Assembly (NCBI RefSeq): GCF_009914755.1
Contig: NC_060935.1
DNA length: 64,000 bases
Origin: the human T2T-CHM13v2.0 reference genome, Homo sapiens
Strand: one strand, 5' to 3'
The notes under the pieces are model-generated. The model was not told the origin of the DNA. It saw nothing but the letters and a program-made list of their open reading frames with translations, and ran no database searches. This document shows positions 50,836-63,410 of this stretch, in pieces (within the stretch, counting starts at the first letter, position 1; every line of letters starts with the position of its first letter). The position numbers and the translations under genes are program-made.

Positions 50836-53288
50836 TATTTTTTATTTTATTTTATAACTTTTAAGTTCAGGGGTACATGTGCAGGTTTCTTATATAGATA
50901 AACTCATATCGCAGGAGTTTGTTGTACAGATTATTTTGTCACCCAGGTATTAAGCCTAGTACTCATTAGTTATTTTTTGATATTCTCTTTCCTCCCACCT
51001 GACACCCTCCAGTACACCCCAGTATCTGTTGTTCCCCTCTACCTGTCCATGTGCTCTCATCATTTAGCTCCCACTTATCAGTGAGAACATGCAGTATTTG
51101 GTTTTCTGTTTTTGCATTAGTTTGCTAAGGATAATGGCCTCCATCTCCATCCATGTTTCTGCAGAGGACATGATCTCATTCTTTTTTATGGCTGCATAGT
51201 ATTCCATGGTGTGTATATACTACATTTTCTTTATCCAGTCTACCATTGATGGACATTTAGGTTGATTCCATGTCTTTGCTATTGTGAGTAGTGCTACCAT
51301 GAATATATGTGTGCAGGTGTGTTTATGATAGAATAATTTATATTCCTCTGGGTATATACCCAGTAATGGGATTGCTGGGTCAAATGGTAGTTGTGTTTTT
51401 AGGTCTTTGAGGAATCATCACACTGTTTTCCACAATGGTTGAACTAATTTATACTCTCACCAACAATGTGTAAGTGTTCCTTTTTCTCTACAACCTTGCT
51501 AGCACCTGTTATTTTTTGGCTTTTTAGTAATAGCCATTCTGACTGGTGTGAGATGGTATCTCATTGCTGTTTTGATTTGCATTTTTCTAATGATCAGTGA
51601 TGTTGAGCTTTTTTCATATGCTTATTGGCTGAATGTATGTCTTCTCTTGAGAAGTGTCTGTTCATGTCCTTTGCCCAGTTTTTAATGGGGTAGTTTGTTT
51701 GTTGTTGTTTTCTTATAAATTTGTTTAAGTTCCTTATAGATACTGGATGTAAGATCTTTGTCAGATGTATAGTTTGCAAAAATTTTTCCCATTCTGTAGG
51801 TTATCTGTTTACTCTGTTGATAGTTTCTTTTGCTGTGTAGAAGCTCTTTAGTTTAATTAGATCCCATTTGTCAATTTTTGCTTTTGTTGCAATTTCTTTT
51901 GGTATCATTGCCATGAAATCTTTGCCGTTTCTGTGTCCAGAATGGTATTGCCTAGGTTATCTTCCATGATTTTTATAGTTTTGGCTCTTACATTTAAGTC
52001 TTTAATCTATCTTAAGTTAATATTTGTATATGGCGTAAGGAAGGGGTCCCATTTCAATCTTCTGCATATGGCTAGCCATTTATCCCAGTAGCATCTATTG
52101 AATAGAGAGTACTTTACCTATTGCTTGTTTTTGGTGACTTTGTAGAAGATCAGACAGCTGTAGGTGTCTGGCCTTATTTCTGGGCTCTGTATTCTGTTCC
52201 ATTGGTCTATGTGCCTGTTCTTGTACCAGTACTATGCTGTTTTAGTTACTGTAGCCGTGAAGTATAGTTTGAAGTTGAGTAGCATGATGCCTCCAGCTTT
52301 GTTCTTTTTGCTTAGGATTGCCTTGGCTATTCGGGCTCATTTTTGGTTCCATATGAATTTTAAAATAGTTTTTTTTTCTAGTTCTGTGAAGAATGTCATT
52401 GGTAGTTTGATAGGAAGAGCATTGAATCTATCAATTGCTTTGGGCAGTATGGCCATTTTAACAATATTGATTCTCCCTATCAATGAGCATGGACAGTTTT
52501 TCCATTTGTTTGTGTCATCTGTGATTTATTTGAGCAGTGTTTTGTAGTTCTCCTTGTAAAGATCTTTCACCTCCCTGGTTAGCTGTATTCCTAGGTATTG
52601 GATTCTTTTCGTGGCAATTGTGAATAAGATTGCCTTCCTGATTTGGCTCTCGGCTTAGCTATTGTTGGTATATAGGAATACTAGTGATTTCTATACATTG
52701 ATTTTGTATCTTGAGACTTTGCTGAAGTTGTTTATCAGCTGAAGGAGCTTTTGGGTTGGAACTATGGGGTTTTCTAGATATAGGATCATGTTGTCTGCAA
52801 ACAGGGATAGTTTGACTTCCTCTCTCCCTATTTGGAGGTCCTTTATTTCTTTCTCTTGCCTGATTGCTCTGGCCAGGACTTCCAATACTATGTTGAATAG
52901 GAGTGGTGAGAGCGGGCATCCTTGTCTTGTGCCAGTTTTCAAGTGGAATGCTTCCAGGTTTTGTCCATTCAGTGTTGTTGGCTGTGGGTTTGTCATAGAC
53001 GGCTCTTATTATTTTGAGGTATGTTCCTTTAACACGTAGTTTATTGAGAGTTTTAAATATGAAGCGGTGTTGAGTTTTACCAAAAGCCTTTTCTGCACCT
53101 ATTGAGATAATTCTTGGTTTTTGTCTTTAGTTCTGTTTATGTGATGAATCATATTTACTGATTTGTATATGTTGAACCAACATTGCCTCCCAGAGATAAA
53201 GCCTACTTGATCGTGGTGAATAAGCTTTTTGATATGCCACTGGATCCAGTTTGCCAATATTTTATTGAGGATTTTTGCATCACTGTTC
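50836..53288 (-). mobile_element. Old L1PA/L1PB-like 3' fragment nested in the L1MA
   Basis: New poly-T/3'UTR at 50836; RT remnant [19 protein letters not shown]...[10 protein letters not shown]; TSD atgtctt(a/c)tttt. Confidence 0.88.
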
Positions 53289-53809
53289 ATGTCTTCTTTT
53301 GAGAAATGTCTATTTCAAATTTTTTGTGCATTTTTAAATCAGATTATTAGATTTTTTTCCTATAGAGTTGTTTGAGGTCCTTATATATTCTAATTATTAA
53401 TCCCTCATCAGATGTATGGTTTGCAAATATTTTCTCCCATTCTATGGGTTGTCTCTTCACTTTGTCGATTGTTTCCTTTGCTGTGCAGAAGCTTTTTAAC
53501 TTGATGTGATCCCATTTGTCCATTTTGCTTTGGTTGCCTGTGCTTTTGGGGTATTATTCAAGAAATTTTTGCCCAAACCAATGTCCTGGAGAGTTTCCCC
53601 AGTGCTTTCTTGTAGTGGTTTTATAGTTTGAGGTCTTAGATTTAAGTCTTTAATCCATTTTGATTTGATTCTCATATATGGTGAGAGATAGGGGTCTAGT
53701 TTTATTCTTCTGCATACAGATATCCAGTTTCCCCAGCACCACTTATTGAAAAGACTGTCTTTTCCCCAATGTATGTTCTTGGCACTTTTGTCGAAAATGA
53801 GTTCACTGA

Positions 53810-54174
<365 letters not shown>

Positions 54175-56444
54175 TATATGCCTATTTTTACGCCAGTACC
54201 ATGCTGCTTTGGTTACTATAACTCTGTAGTATAATTTGAAGTCAGGTAATGTAATTCTTCTAGTTTTGTCCTTTTTGCTCAGAATAGCTTTGGCTATTCT
54301 GGGTCTTTTATAATTCCATGTATATTTTAGGGTTGTTTTTTCTATTTCTGTGAAGAATGTCATTAATATTTTGATAGGGATTACATTGAATCTGTAGGTT
54401 TCTTTGGGTAATATGTACATTTTAACAACATTGATTCTTCTAATCCATGAGCATGGGCTATCTTTCCATTTGTGTCTTGTTCAATTTCTTTCAGCAGTGT
54501 TTTATCATTTTCATCATAAAGCTCTTTCACTTCTTTGGTTAAGTTAATTCTTAGATAATTTAATTTTACTTGTGGCTATTGTAAATGGGATTACTTTTTA
54601 AATTTATTTTTCAGATTGTTCACTGTTGGCATATAGAAATGCTACTGATTTTTCTATGTTGATTTTGTAATCTGCAACTTTACTGAATTTTAAAATCAGT
54701 TCTAGTAGTTTTTTGGTGGAATCTTTAGTTTTTTTCCAAATATAAGATTATATCGTCTGCAAACAGGATAATTTAACTTCTTCCATTCCAATTTCAATGC
54801 CCTTCATTTCTTTCTCTTGTCTGATTGCTCTAGGTAGGACTTCTAATACTATGTTGGATAACAGTGGTGAAAGTGGGCATCCTTGTCATGTTCCATATCT
54901 TAGAGGAAAGGCTTTTCATTTTCCCCCATTCAATATGATACTAGCTGTGGTTCTGTCATATATGGCTTCTATTACTTTGAGGTATGTTCCTTTTATACTC
55001 ATTTTTTTTTAGGATTTTTATTGTGAAGGGATGTTGAATTTTATTGAATGCATTTTCAGCATCATTTGAAATGATCATATGGTTTTTTTGTCCTTTATTC
55101 TGTTGATATGATGTATCACTTTGATTTGCGTATGTTGAATCCCACTTGGTCACAATTAATGATCTTTTTGATGTATTGTTGAATTCATCTTGCTAGTATT
55201 TTTTTGAGGATTTTTGCATCAATATTTTTCAGAAATAACAACTTGCAGTCTTTTTTTGATATGTCCTGGTCTGGTTTTTGTATCAGAGTAACACTGGCCT
55301 CATAGAATGAGTTTGGAAGTATTCCCTCCTTCTCTAATAGTGTGAGTAGGATTGGTATTAACTCTTCTTCAAATGTTTGGTAGAAGTCAGCAGTGAAGCC
55401 ATCGGATCCCAGGCTTTTCCTTACTGGGAGACTTTTTATTACAGCTTCTTCTCATTACTTGTTATTAGTGTTTTCAGATTTTTTATTTCTTTGTGGTTCA
55501 ATCTTGAGGTTGTATGTGTCTAGGAATTTATCCATTTCCTCTAGATTTTCTCTTCTACTGGCATATAGCTTCTCATAGTAGCTGCTAATGATCCTTTGAA
55601 TTTCTGCAGTATCAGTTGTGATGCCTCTTTTTTCATCTCTGATTTTATTAGAGTCTTCTTTCTTTTTTCTTAGTTAGGCTAAAGGTTTGTCAATTTTGTT
55701 TATCTTTTCAAACAAACTTTTAGTTTCATTGATCTTTTGTATTTTTTTATTTCAAATTTATTTCTGTTCTGATCTTTATTATTTCTTTTCTTCTACTAAT
55801 TTTGGATTCGATTTGCTCTTGCTTTTTTAGTTCTTTAAGATACATTGTTAGGTTACATATTTGAAGTTTTTCTTCTTTTTTGATATAGGCACTGATAGCT
55901 ATAAATTTCCCCCTTAGTGCTGCTTTTGCTGTATCCTGTAGGTTTTGGTATGTTGTGTTTCCATTATCATTTGTTTCAAGAAAAGTTTCAGTTTTTTTCA
56001 TAATTTTTTTATTGACCCACTTGACATTCAGGAGCATATAAAACAGTCTAATCTTGAAGGGAGGAGGTTAATTCATTATAAATACTTTAAAATCTTAATC
56101 TTTTTATATTCCATTTTTTTCAGTGTAAAACTATTGTAATAACCCATGGTACATCCAAATTTAACCTTGTTAATACGTAGAAGAGGTTGTAGCCTTGAAT
56201 TTAAAGTGTCTGTGAGAATTAGAGTGTGTTGCATATTTAACAAATATTGATTGAGCCCCTATTTATGTTAGGCTCAAAGGCAGGTGTTGGGGATTCAAAG
56301 GTAAATCAGGCATAGTATCTGCCCTTAAGAAACTCAGTTCACTGGATATCTTGATGTGGAAACAGATACTTAATGGCCAGCACAGAGATGAGGAAAGCCC
56401 AGAGCAGGGGTATGTAGCCCCAAGGCTGGGAATTTAGGGAGACT

Positions 56445-56518
56445 CTCCCAGAAGAAATGATCTGAACAGAATCAGGAAAGACTCCCAGAAGAAGTGATCT
56501 GAACAGAATCAGGAAAGA
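56445..56518. repeat. 37-bp direct tandem duplication, 1 mismatch
   Basis: ctcccagaagaa(a/g)tgatctgaacagaatcaggaaaga x2. Confidence 0.92.
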
Positions 56519-56721
56519 AGAGAGTGATTGGAAGGGCTCAGGATTTGTGTTTATTTGGGCATTAAGATGCAGCTTGCCTCCTGTTGTTGCATTTCTTGTT
56601 TCATTGTATTTTTCCAATAAAGATATTTTCAGAAACCTCACATGCCACTTTCGACGGTGATTTGGCTGCATGTGCCTGAAACAGAGCCTGGCACATAGCA
56701 GATGCCTAATAAATGTTTGTC

Positions 56722-56800
56722 AGATGATGGGTGGATGGATGGATGGATGAATGGATGGACGGACAGATGGATGGATGGATGGATGAATGAATGGATGGAC
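56722..56800. repeat. (GGAT)n microsatellite at an L2 tail
   Basis: Follows gcctggcacatagcagatgcctaataaatgtttg. Confidence 0.9.
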
Positions 56801-56831
56801 AAGCTGTGCTCACACTGAATTCCCTCCCAAG

Positions 56832-57015
56832 GTGACTGTGGACTTGCAGCCTGTGTGGCCACCGGTGAGCAGGTATGGATTCAGAATTGAGGACACAGGC
56901 CACATGTACATGATCCTGACTCCCTCAGACATCCAGATCCAGTGGCTCCACAGCTCAGGACTCATGATCGTGGAGGCCAGCAAAACCAGCAAGGCCCAGG
57001 GCCATGGCCTGTGCG
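56832..57015 (+). CDS. OTOG: OTOG E22, VWD4 (VTVDLQPV...GHGLC), 184 nt, phase 0-1
   Basis: ccctcccaag| acceptor; G|gtgagg donor. Confidence 0.92.
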
Positions 57016-58589
57016 GTGAGGTGGAACCCAGCTTGCGGGGAGGGGATGCTTCCCAGGTCCACCTCTGCCCCCACACATAATTCCTCCTGGAGCAGGAAAG
57101 GCTGGGACAGAATACCAGGCCAGAGGTTGGAGCAGCAGAGCTGTCAGGGCAGGGAGGCCTAACGTCTTGTGTCCTGGGGCCAAAGCTGCCAGTAGGGAGA
57201 TAGTAGAGGGCTCTGGACTCAGCCAGTTGTCACTTCAGCCGGGATTGTCTGTCAGCTTCCCTGACAGCCTTCTAATGTCGGATAATCCTTTCCATCTGCA
57301 TGAGCCTGGGCATTTCACAAAGTACTTCCACAGTCTATCTCACTTATTCCTGGTCATCCACACAACAGCACTGAGAGATGGCCATTAGTATCCCCACTGA
57401 ACTAAAGAAGAAAGGGGGCTCAGAGAGATTAAGGGGCTTACCCAAGGGCACACAGCAGAGCTGCCACAATACACAGAACTAATGCTCTTCAGACCATAGC
57501 ACAATTGCAGAGCATGCCCTAAAAGATTGAATGTATTCTCATAAGGAAAAGAGATATGGGACAAGCCTGGATGTGGGCCGCTGCTCATTGCCGGGGCATA
57601 AGCACATGGACACTCATGGGGCACTCCGTGACAGACTACCATGATTGTGACGATGGGTGAGATAAAAACACTTACACACACACACACACATACACACACA
57701 CACCCTCCATCCTCCACCTGCACCCCGGTGATCATTCACACATTCCCATTCATGCCCCTCTGCATCCAAATTCCCTCTACACATGCACTAACACATGCAG
57801 TTCAGCTCCATGCTCATTTTTTCCTTTGTGCAACACATATTGCCATGTACCAGTCGCTGGGGACAAAACAGTGAACAAAACAGACAAAATCCCTGTTTTA
57901 TGGTGCTTCCATTCTTAAACACTTCTTACACACATGCCACCATCCCCACCACCACCAACACCATCACCATCACCATCACTACCACCATCTTTTTCTCATC
58001 ATTTCTTCCTTCTCCTCTGTTCATTGCCAGCAAAGAGCACTGTGGTCAGCAGTAGCCTGGTGAGCCAACCCCTCCCTAGGATACCTTTGGGACACCCCTC
58101 ACTGACTTAAAGCCAAGACCCAAAGTGTGACCATGGGAACCATTAATAATATATTAATAAGAGTTTGCCTTTAATCATGCTTTATATTCACAGAATCATG
58201 GTTAGAGGTGTTAGAACAGAAGTCAGATCATTTATATCTCCATTTTATTTGAATGAACATTTGACAGCTGGGCACCCTGCTAGACAAACTTAGGGGAGTG
58301 CTGAGATAATTGAGAATCTAAAAGAAAATGAGTCTTTGCACTCAGAGAGCTACAATCTTTTGTGAAAGGCTGACCTGCAAGCCAATGACTGTTACACAGA
58401 CTTTGGAATGTCATGGATAGTGCATCTGAGGCGTCCTTGAAGGAAGGACATCTGAGAAAGTATTTCAGGCAGAGGAAGCAGCTTGAGCAAAGTTGTGGGC
58501 AGGAAAGTGTGTGTCTGGAGCATATAGATGGTATGTGGGAGATGAAACCAGAAGTTTAGGTCACATTAAAAGCTAGGACAGATAAACTT

Positions 58590-58900
58590 CACCCTTGCCC
58601 CCATCTCAGTGCCTTAACACAACAGAAGCTTATTTCCTGCATACATAAGTTCCCAAATGGATAGCAATGATTCAGAGACCCAGAGTCCTTCCATCTTCTG
58701 GTTCTGCCATGTCAACATGAGTTTCCAAATTCACAGGAGAGGAGACAGGTGGGAAGTTTTTATGAACTAGGCCTGGAGGTGGTACTCGTCACCTTCACTC
58801 ATATGCCATTGGCTGGGACTCAATCGGATGATCTCACCCAGCTGCAAGGGCATCTGGGAAAAATACACTGACTGCCCAGGAAAAAGAAGGAACAGTTGTT
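58590..58900. mobile_element. Old MLT1-like LTR fragment
   Basis: ttccatctt...ccaggcctggaggtgg-like and cagctgcaagggcatctgggaaa motifs. Confidence 0.6.
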
Positions 58901-59055
58901 ATAATCAGCTAGCAATCACTGGTAAAGCAGACTTTTGGGGGGTAGCTTTTTATTTTGGTGTAATATAGCAAAGCTTATAAAAATTTAGAACTTGCAAAGA
59001 CAGTATAAAGTAGTGTACACCTTTTACCCAGATTTGCCCCATTTGCTTCTCTCCT

Positions 59056-59089
<34 letters not shown>

Positions 59090-59400
59090 GGGGGGGGTAT
59101 ACATTTTTATATGCACATGCAATACATATATATATATATGCATTTTTCGGAACCATTAGAAAATAACTTCAAGACATTGTATCCTTTTACCCCTAAATAC
59201 ATGTGTATTTCCTAAGTACAAAGACATTTTCTTTTGTAGCAGGTTTCCTAGCTTCCCTTCACCTAATTTCCCTCACCTATAAAATGGGGATAATGGTATT
59301 ATTGACCTCAAAGAACTGTGAGGAATACAAAAAGTGAGAGCTGACGACATGGGAGTGGTAGTGATGATCGTGGCTGTTGGGATTGTTTGGCCCCTTTCAG

Positions 59401-59621
59401 GTATCTGTGATGGAGATGCAGCCAATGACCTTACCCTGAAGGATGGCTCAGTGGTGGGTGGGGCTGAGGACCCTGCTCCCTTTCTGGACAGCTGGCAGGT
59501 GCCCAGCTCCCTGACCTCAGTGGGCCAGACCCGCTTCCGCCCAGACAGCTGCGCCACAACTGACTGCTCGCCCTGCCTTCGCATGGTGTCCAACCGCACC
59601 TTCAGTGCCTGCCACCGCTTT
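59401..59621 (+). CDS. OTOG: OTOG E23 ([10 protein letters not shown]...CHRF), 221 nt, phase 1-0
   Basis: cccctttcag| acceptor; TTT|gtatgt donor. Confidence 0.93.
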
Positions 59622-59786
59622 GTATGTGCCAACTGGGTCCAGCACTGGGGACACCTCCTGGGCTGGCTGGGGATGGCAGCACCTACCTGCAGAGGCTCAT
59701 TGTTCCTTTTGGGCAGGGAGGGGAGGAGCTGGGCACTGGGATATGTGCCATCCGAGTAACCAGCACTGCCTGATGCATATGTCCAG

Positions 59787-59925
59787 GTGCCTCCGGAGTC
59801 ATTCTGTGAGCTGTGGATCCGGGACACCAAGTACGTGCAGCAGCCCTGCGTGGCCCTGACTGTGTACGTGGCCATGTGCCACAAATTTCATGTGTGCATC
59901 GAGTGGCGGCGCTCTGACTACTGCC
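59787..59925 (+). CDS. OTOG: OTOG E24, C8-like (VPPESFC...WRRSDYC), 139 nt, phase 0-1
   Basis: atgtccag| acceptor with weak pyrimidine tract; C|gtgagt donor. Confidence 0.92.
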
Positions 59926-60585
59926 GTGAGTTTGCGGGGCAGGGGGACCCTCCATTGTGACTATTGTTCCCATCCCCTGTTAAAGTGGGAAAAGGCTCCC
60001 GGCCCCAAGTTCATGTATGCTTTCCCAGCTTTAATCATTCATGGATTTATGTACATTAGTAAATTTATAAATATTTCATATGTTTAATTTATATTTAATT
60101 TTTATATTATATAAAAGTACATTTTATACTAATGAACACATTTATTATGATTCATATGAACATATTAACACATAGTAATTGTATTGTTATTTTAGTATTT
60201 GCTTTCTTTGCGTCTCTTCTCTGTAAGTGGAGACTGTAACCATCGCCCCCGCCCAGGGTGGTTTTGAGGATGTGGGGGAATGTGTTCCGAGTGCTCACAT
60301 AGACCTGCCCCACGGACACCGTCCAGCACACCTTAATTCCCTCTGCTTCCTTTTTGCTCACGTTTCTCTTCTTCCAGAGTTTCCCTTCCTTCCTGCAGGA
60401 AGGAAATGAGATCTGCCTCCTCCTCCCCCAATTAGGTTTGACTGGTAGGGTCGACAGGGGTGGCCTGGGCTAGGGTAGCTTGATTTATAAATGTGAACCT
60501 GTCCAGAAAGGCTGGGATTGGCTCACAGGAAGTCCACACCCACAATATGACAAGTAAAAGAGGAAAAGACAAAAGTCCTCTTGGG

Positions 60586-60977
60586 TCGTGTTCTTCAAAC
60601 TGTGGATCCCAACTCAGCGGGTATGAAATCAATTTAGGGGGTCAGCACCAGCATTTTAAAAAATACAATAGAATAGAAAATACCAGTGTGTATTGCTCAT
60701 AGAAAGTTTAGGTATGATTTTGTAAAAGAGATTTTTTATTTTATATAGAAGCGATTTTCAATCCTAAATACCCTTTGAAATCACTCAGACAACTTGAAAA
60801 TGCATGGGCCCCACAATCAGAGATTCAATTGGCCTGGGGTGGGTTCCCCACAATGATACCTCAAAAACTCCCAAAGGATTCTTTTGTAGTCGAGTTTGAG
60901 GACCACTGTTCTACATGCTTGTATTAGGCCACAATGTAAAATCTACTTTTTACAATCAAGAAAGTTTGAAAACACTG
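60586..60977. mobile_element. MER103-like hAT-Charlie element with nested MER5-like MITE (about 60751-60908)
   Basis: Ends tcttcaaactg / aaagtttgaaaacactg; internal element ending tttgaggaccactg. Confidence 0.7.
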
Positions 60978-60985
60978 ATCTAGAG

Positions 60986-61211
60986 CAAGGGGTTGGCAAA
61001 CCTTTTCGGTAAAGAGCCAGAAAGTAAGTATTTGATGACTTGTGTGCCATATGGTCTCAGTCATAAGTCCTCAACTCTACCTTTTTTGGTACAAAAACAG
61101 CCTGAGACAGAATATAAATGAACAGGCATGGCTGTGTTCCAATAAAACTTTATTTGTGAAAACAGACAGTGGGCTGGGTTTGGGCTGTGGGCTGTACTTT
61201 GCTGAGTCCTG
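60986..61211. mobile_element. MER58A-like hAT-Charlie MITE
   Basis: caaggggttggcaaac...ccaataaaactttattt...tttgctgagtcctg; near-TSD atctagag / atctaagg. Confidence 0.8.
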
Positions 61212-61378
61212 ATCTAAGGAAGGAGGTGATGTCACCAAGCCCTTTAACTTATGCACTCTCTGCTGAGGTGCTGATGACACTCTGAGCCCTCTCCTCATCC
61301 CCTCCTGTTCTTTCGGCCCTCAGTGGGGAGCCCTGCCTGGGGTCTGAGGTAGGCCTGGTGCCCACTGTGCCCCTGCAG

Positions 61379-61573
61379 CCTTCCTGTGCTCCAGCGACTC
61401 CACATACCAGGCATGTGTGACAGCCTGTGAGCCACCCAAGACATGCCAGGATGGGATACTAGGGCCTCTGGACCCAGAGCACTGCCAGGTGCTGGGCGAG
61501 GGCTGCGTCTGCTCCGAGGGCACCATCTTACACCGGCGCCACTCTGCACTCTGCATCCCGGAGGCCAAGTGCG
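61379..61573 (+). CDS. OTOG: OTOG E25, TIL (PFLCSSD...EAKC), 195 nt, phase 1-1
   Basis: cccctgcag| acceptor; G|gtaggt donor. Confidence 0.94.
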
Positions 61574-61767
61574 GTAGGTTCCTCCCCTCCCTGAGTGGGG
61601 GGCCTCCAAAGCCAGCCTCAGCCTCGCCTCCTGCTGTCCACAGCTGAGTCCCATCTGCATCCTTTCAGGTCTGCTTAGGGGTGGCCAGTAAACCAGGGAG
61701 AGTCTAGCCTGGGAAGGTCTGGGCTCACCTTCCTCAGTCCCTCGCACCCTGCCATTCCCCTCTGCAG

Positions 61768-61980
61768 CCTGCACTGACAGCATGGGGGTGCCGAGGGCCC
61801 TGGGGGAGACCTGGAACAGCTCCCTCAGCGGCTGCTGCCAGCACCAGTGCCAAGCCCCAGACACCATTGTCCCGGTGGATCTGGGCTGCCCCAGTCCCCG
61901 CCCTGAGAGCTGCCTGCGATTCGGGGAGGTGGCCTTGCTCCTACCCACCAAGGACCCCTGCTGCCTGGGGACTGTCTGTG
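61768..61980 (+). CDS. OTOG: OTOG E26, VWC-like (ACTDSMG...GTVC), 213 nt, phase 1-1
   Basis: ccctctgcag| acceptor; G|gtgagt donor. Confidence 0.94.
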
Positions 61981-62542
61981 GTGAGTGTCCACCTTCACTT
62001 CCTTGGACGTCAACTGTAAAACAGTTAAAAGGTTCCAGCCCTGCACACCAACCCTGATGGATAGGACAAGGCCTAGGAAAAGCAAAGTGTCTTGTAGGGG
62101 GTGAGCTTGGAGGAGGGGAGAACCCTCCCTGGGGGCAGGGGCAGAGGCTCAGGAGTCAGTGCAGGGAGTGCTGTGGAGCCAGGCAGCCTGGCCACTCTTC
62201 CTCCCCCACCTGTAGCCTTGTGGCCTCGGGCAAATTATTTCACATCCTCTGTGCCTTGGTTCATTCTCCTGGGACATGAGCTGAAGATCGATCGGGCCCA
62301 TCTTTGGGGTTGCTGTGAGATGGGGTGCGTGTCAATGGATGTTAGCTCTTGCTGATCTTCTGTCCCAGCCCTGAACCCTCGTGTGACCCTCAATGACCTC
62401 ATCTAGGAGTATGGGTCCTGGGGGCTGGGGGGAGGAGTGGGGCCAGGCGTCCAGGGGTTGGGCAGTTGTCCAGTGTTCTCCACTGGAGAGCAGTGGGGAC
62501 ATCCGGCCCCGAGGTGACAGGCCCTGTGGTCCCCGGGGCCAG

Positions 62543-62647
62543 TGTGTAACCAGACTCTGTGTGAGGGTCTCGCCCCCACATGCCGCCCAGGCCACCGCCT
62601 CCTCACCCACTTCCAGGAGGACTCCTGCTGCCCCAGCTACAGCTGTG
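62543..62647 (+). CDS. OTOG: OTOG E27 (VCNQTLC...SYSC), 105 nt, phase 1-1
   Basis: Atypical ccggggccag| acceptor; G|gtgaga donor; same length class and Cys spacing as E28 and E29. Confidence 0.88.
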
Positions 62648-62778
62648 GTGAGAGGCCCGGGGTGGGGAGGGTGGGGGACGGACTGAGGGCAGTGGGGGGA
62701 GGACAGCTCTGGGGGCAGGGGCCCAGGGGTGGCCAGGCAGGTTCCTCTCCCAGCACCTAAATTCAGCCTTTTCCCCAG

Positions 62779-62886
62779 AGTGTGACCCAGATCTCTGTGA
62801 GGCAGAGCTGGTCCCCAGCTGCCGACAGGACCAGATCTTGATCACGGGCCGCCTGGGGGACTCCTGCTGCACCTCCTACTTCTGCG
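62779..62886 (+). CDS. OTOG: OTOG E28 (ECDPDLC...SYFC), 108 nt, phase 1-1
   Basis: ttttccccag| acceptor; G|gtgggt donor. Confidence 0.93.
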
Positions 62887-63308
62887 GTGGGTCGCCGCCA
62901 CCAGACGCCAGCGCACACAGCCTGATCACAGTCCGCCGGCCTCACCCCTGTGTCCTTGGGCAGCTGGGAGGAAAGGCTGGGGGTCTTCAGATGGGGTGGG
63001 CAAAGGGAGAAGGACAAGCTCACTGTCCAGGAAACAGTGTGGGAGGAAGAGGACACCGACCCCGTGTTCCCCCTAGATTACTAAGCACGAGGAAACTGGT
63101 GCTTGTTCTGTGTAAGCCTTTGGGTGGACATGAGGGAGAACTTCCAGATTCTGATTCCAGAACGGATCACGTGAGACCATGCGATGCTGCCATTAGTTAG
63201 CTCCTGCCACACCTGGGTTGTTGAGGAGGCCCCACCCCCAGCAACGTGCTGTGTGCCAGGCCCCTATGAGAGGACTGCTGTGACAGCATTGACCCTCTTC
63301 CCCCTCAG

Positions 63309-63410
63309 CCTGTGGTGACTGTCCAGACTCCATCCCCGAATGTCAAGAAGGGGAGGCGCTCACTGTGCACAGGAATACCACGGAACTCTGCTGCCCTCTG
63401 TACCAGTGTG
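63309..63410 (+). CDS. OTOG: OTOG E29 (ACGDCPD...LYQC), 102 nt, phase 1-1
   Basis: ttccccctcag| acceptor; G|gtgagt donor. Confidence 0.93.

Noticed and set aside
52659-53290. Reverse-transcriptase-like ORFs
   Set aside because: Fragments of a 5'-truncated, disrupted L1 ORF2 (FADD reads FADN); not an active or novel RT system.
59401-59410. GTATCT as a possible U12-type donor
   Set aside because: It is the start of coding E23 and does not match GTATCCTT; no U12 branch site seen.
59622-59786. In-frame retention of the 165-nt intron
   Set aside because: Contains an in-frame TAA at 59757-59759.
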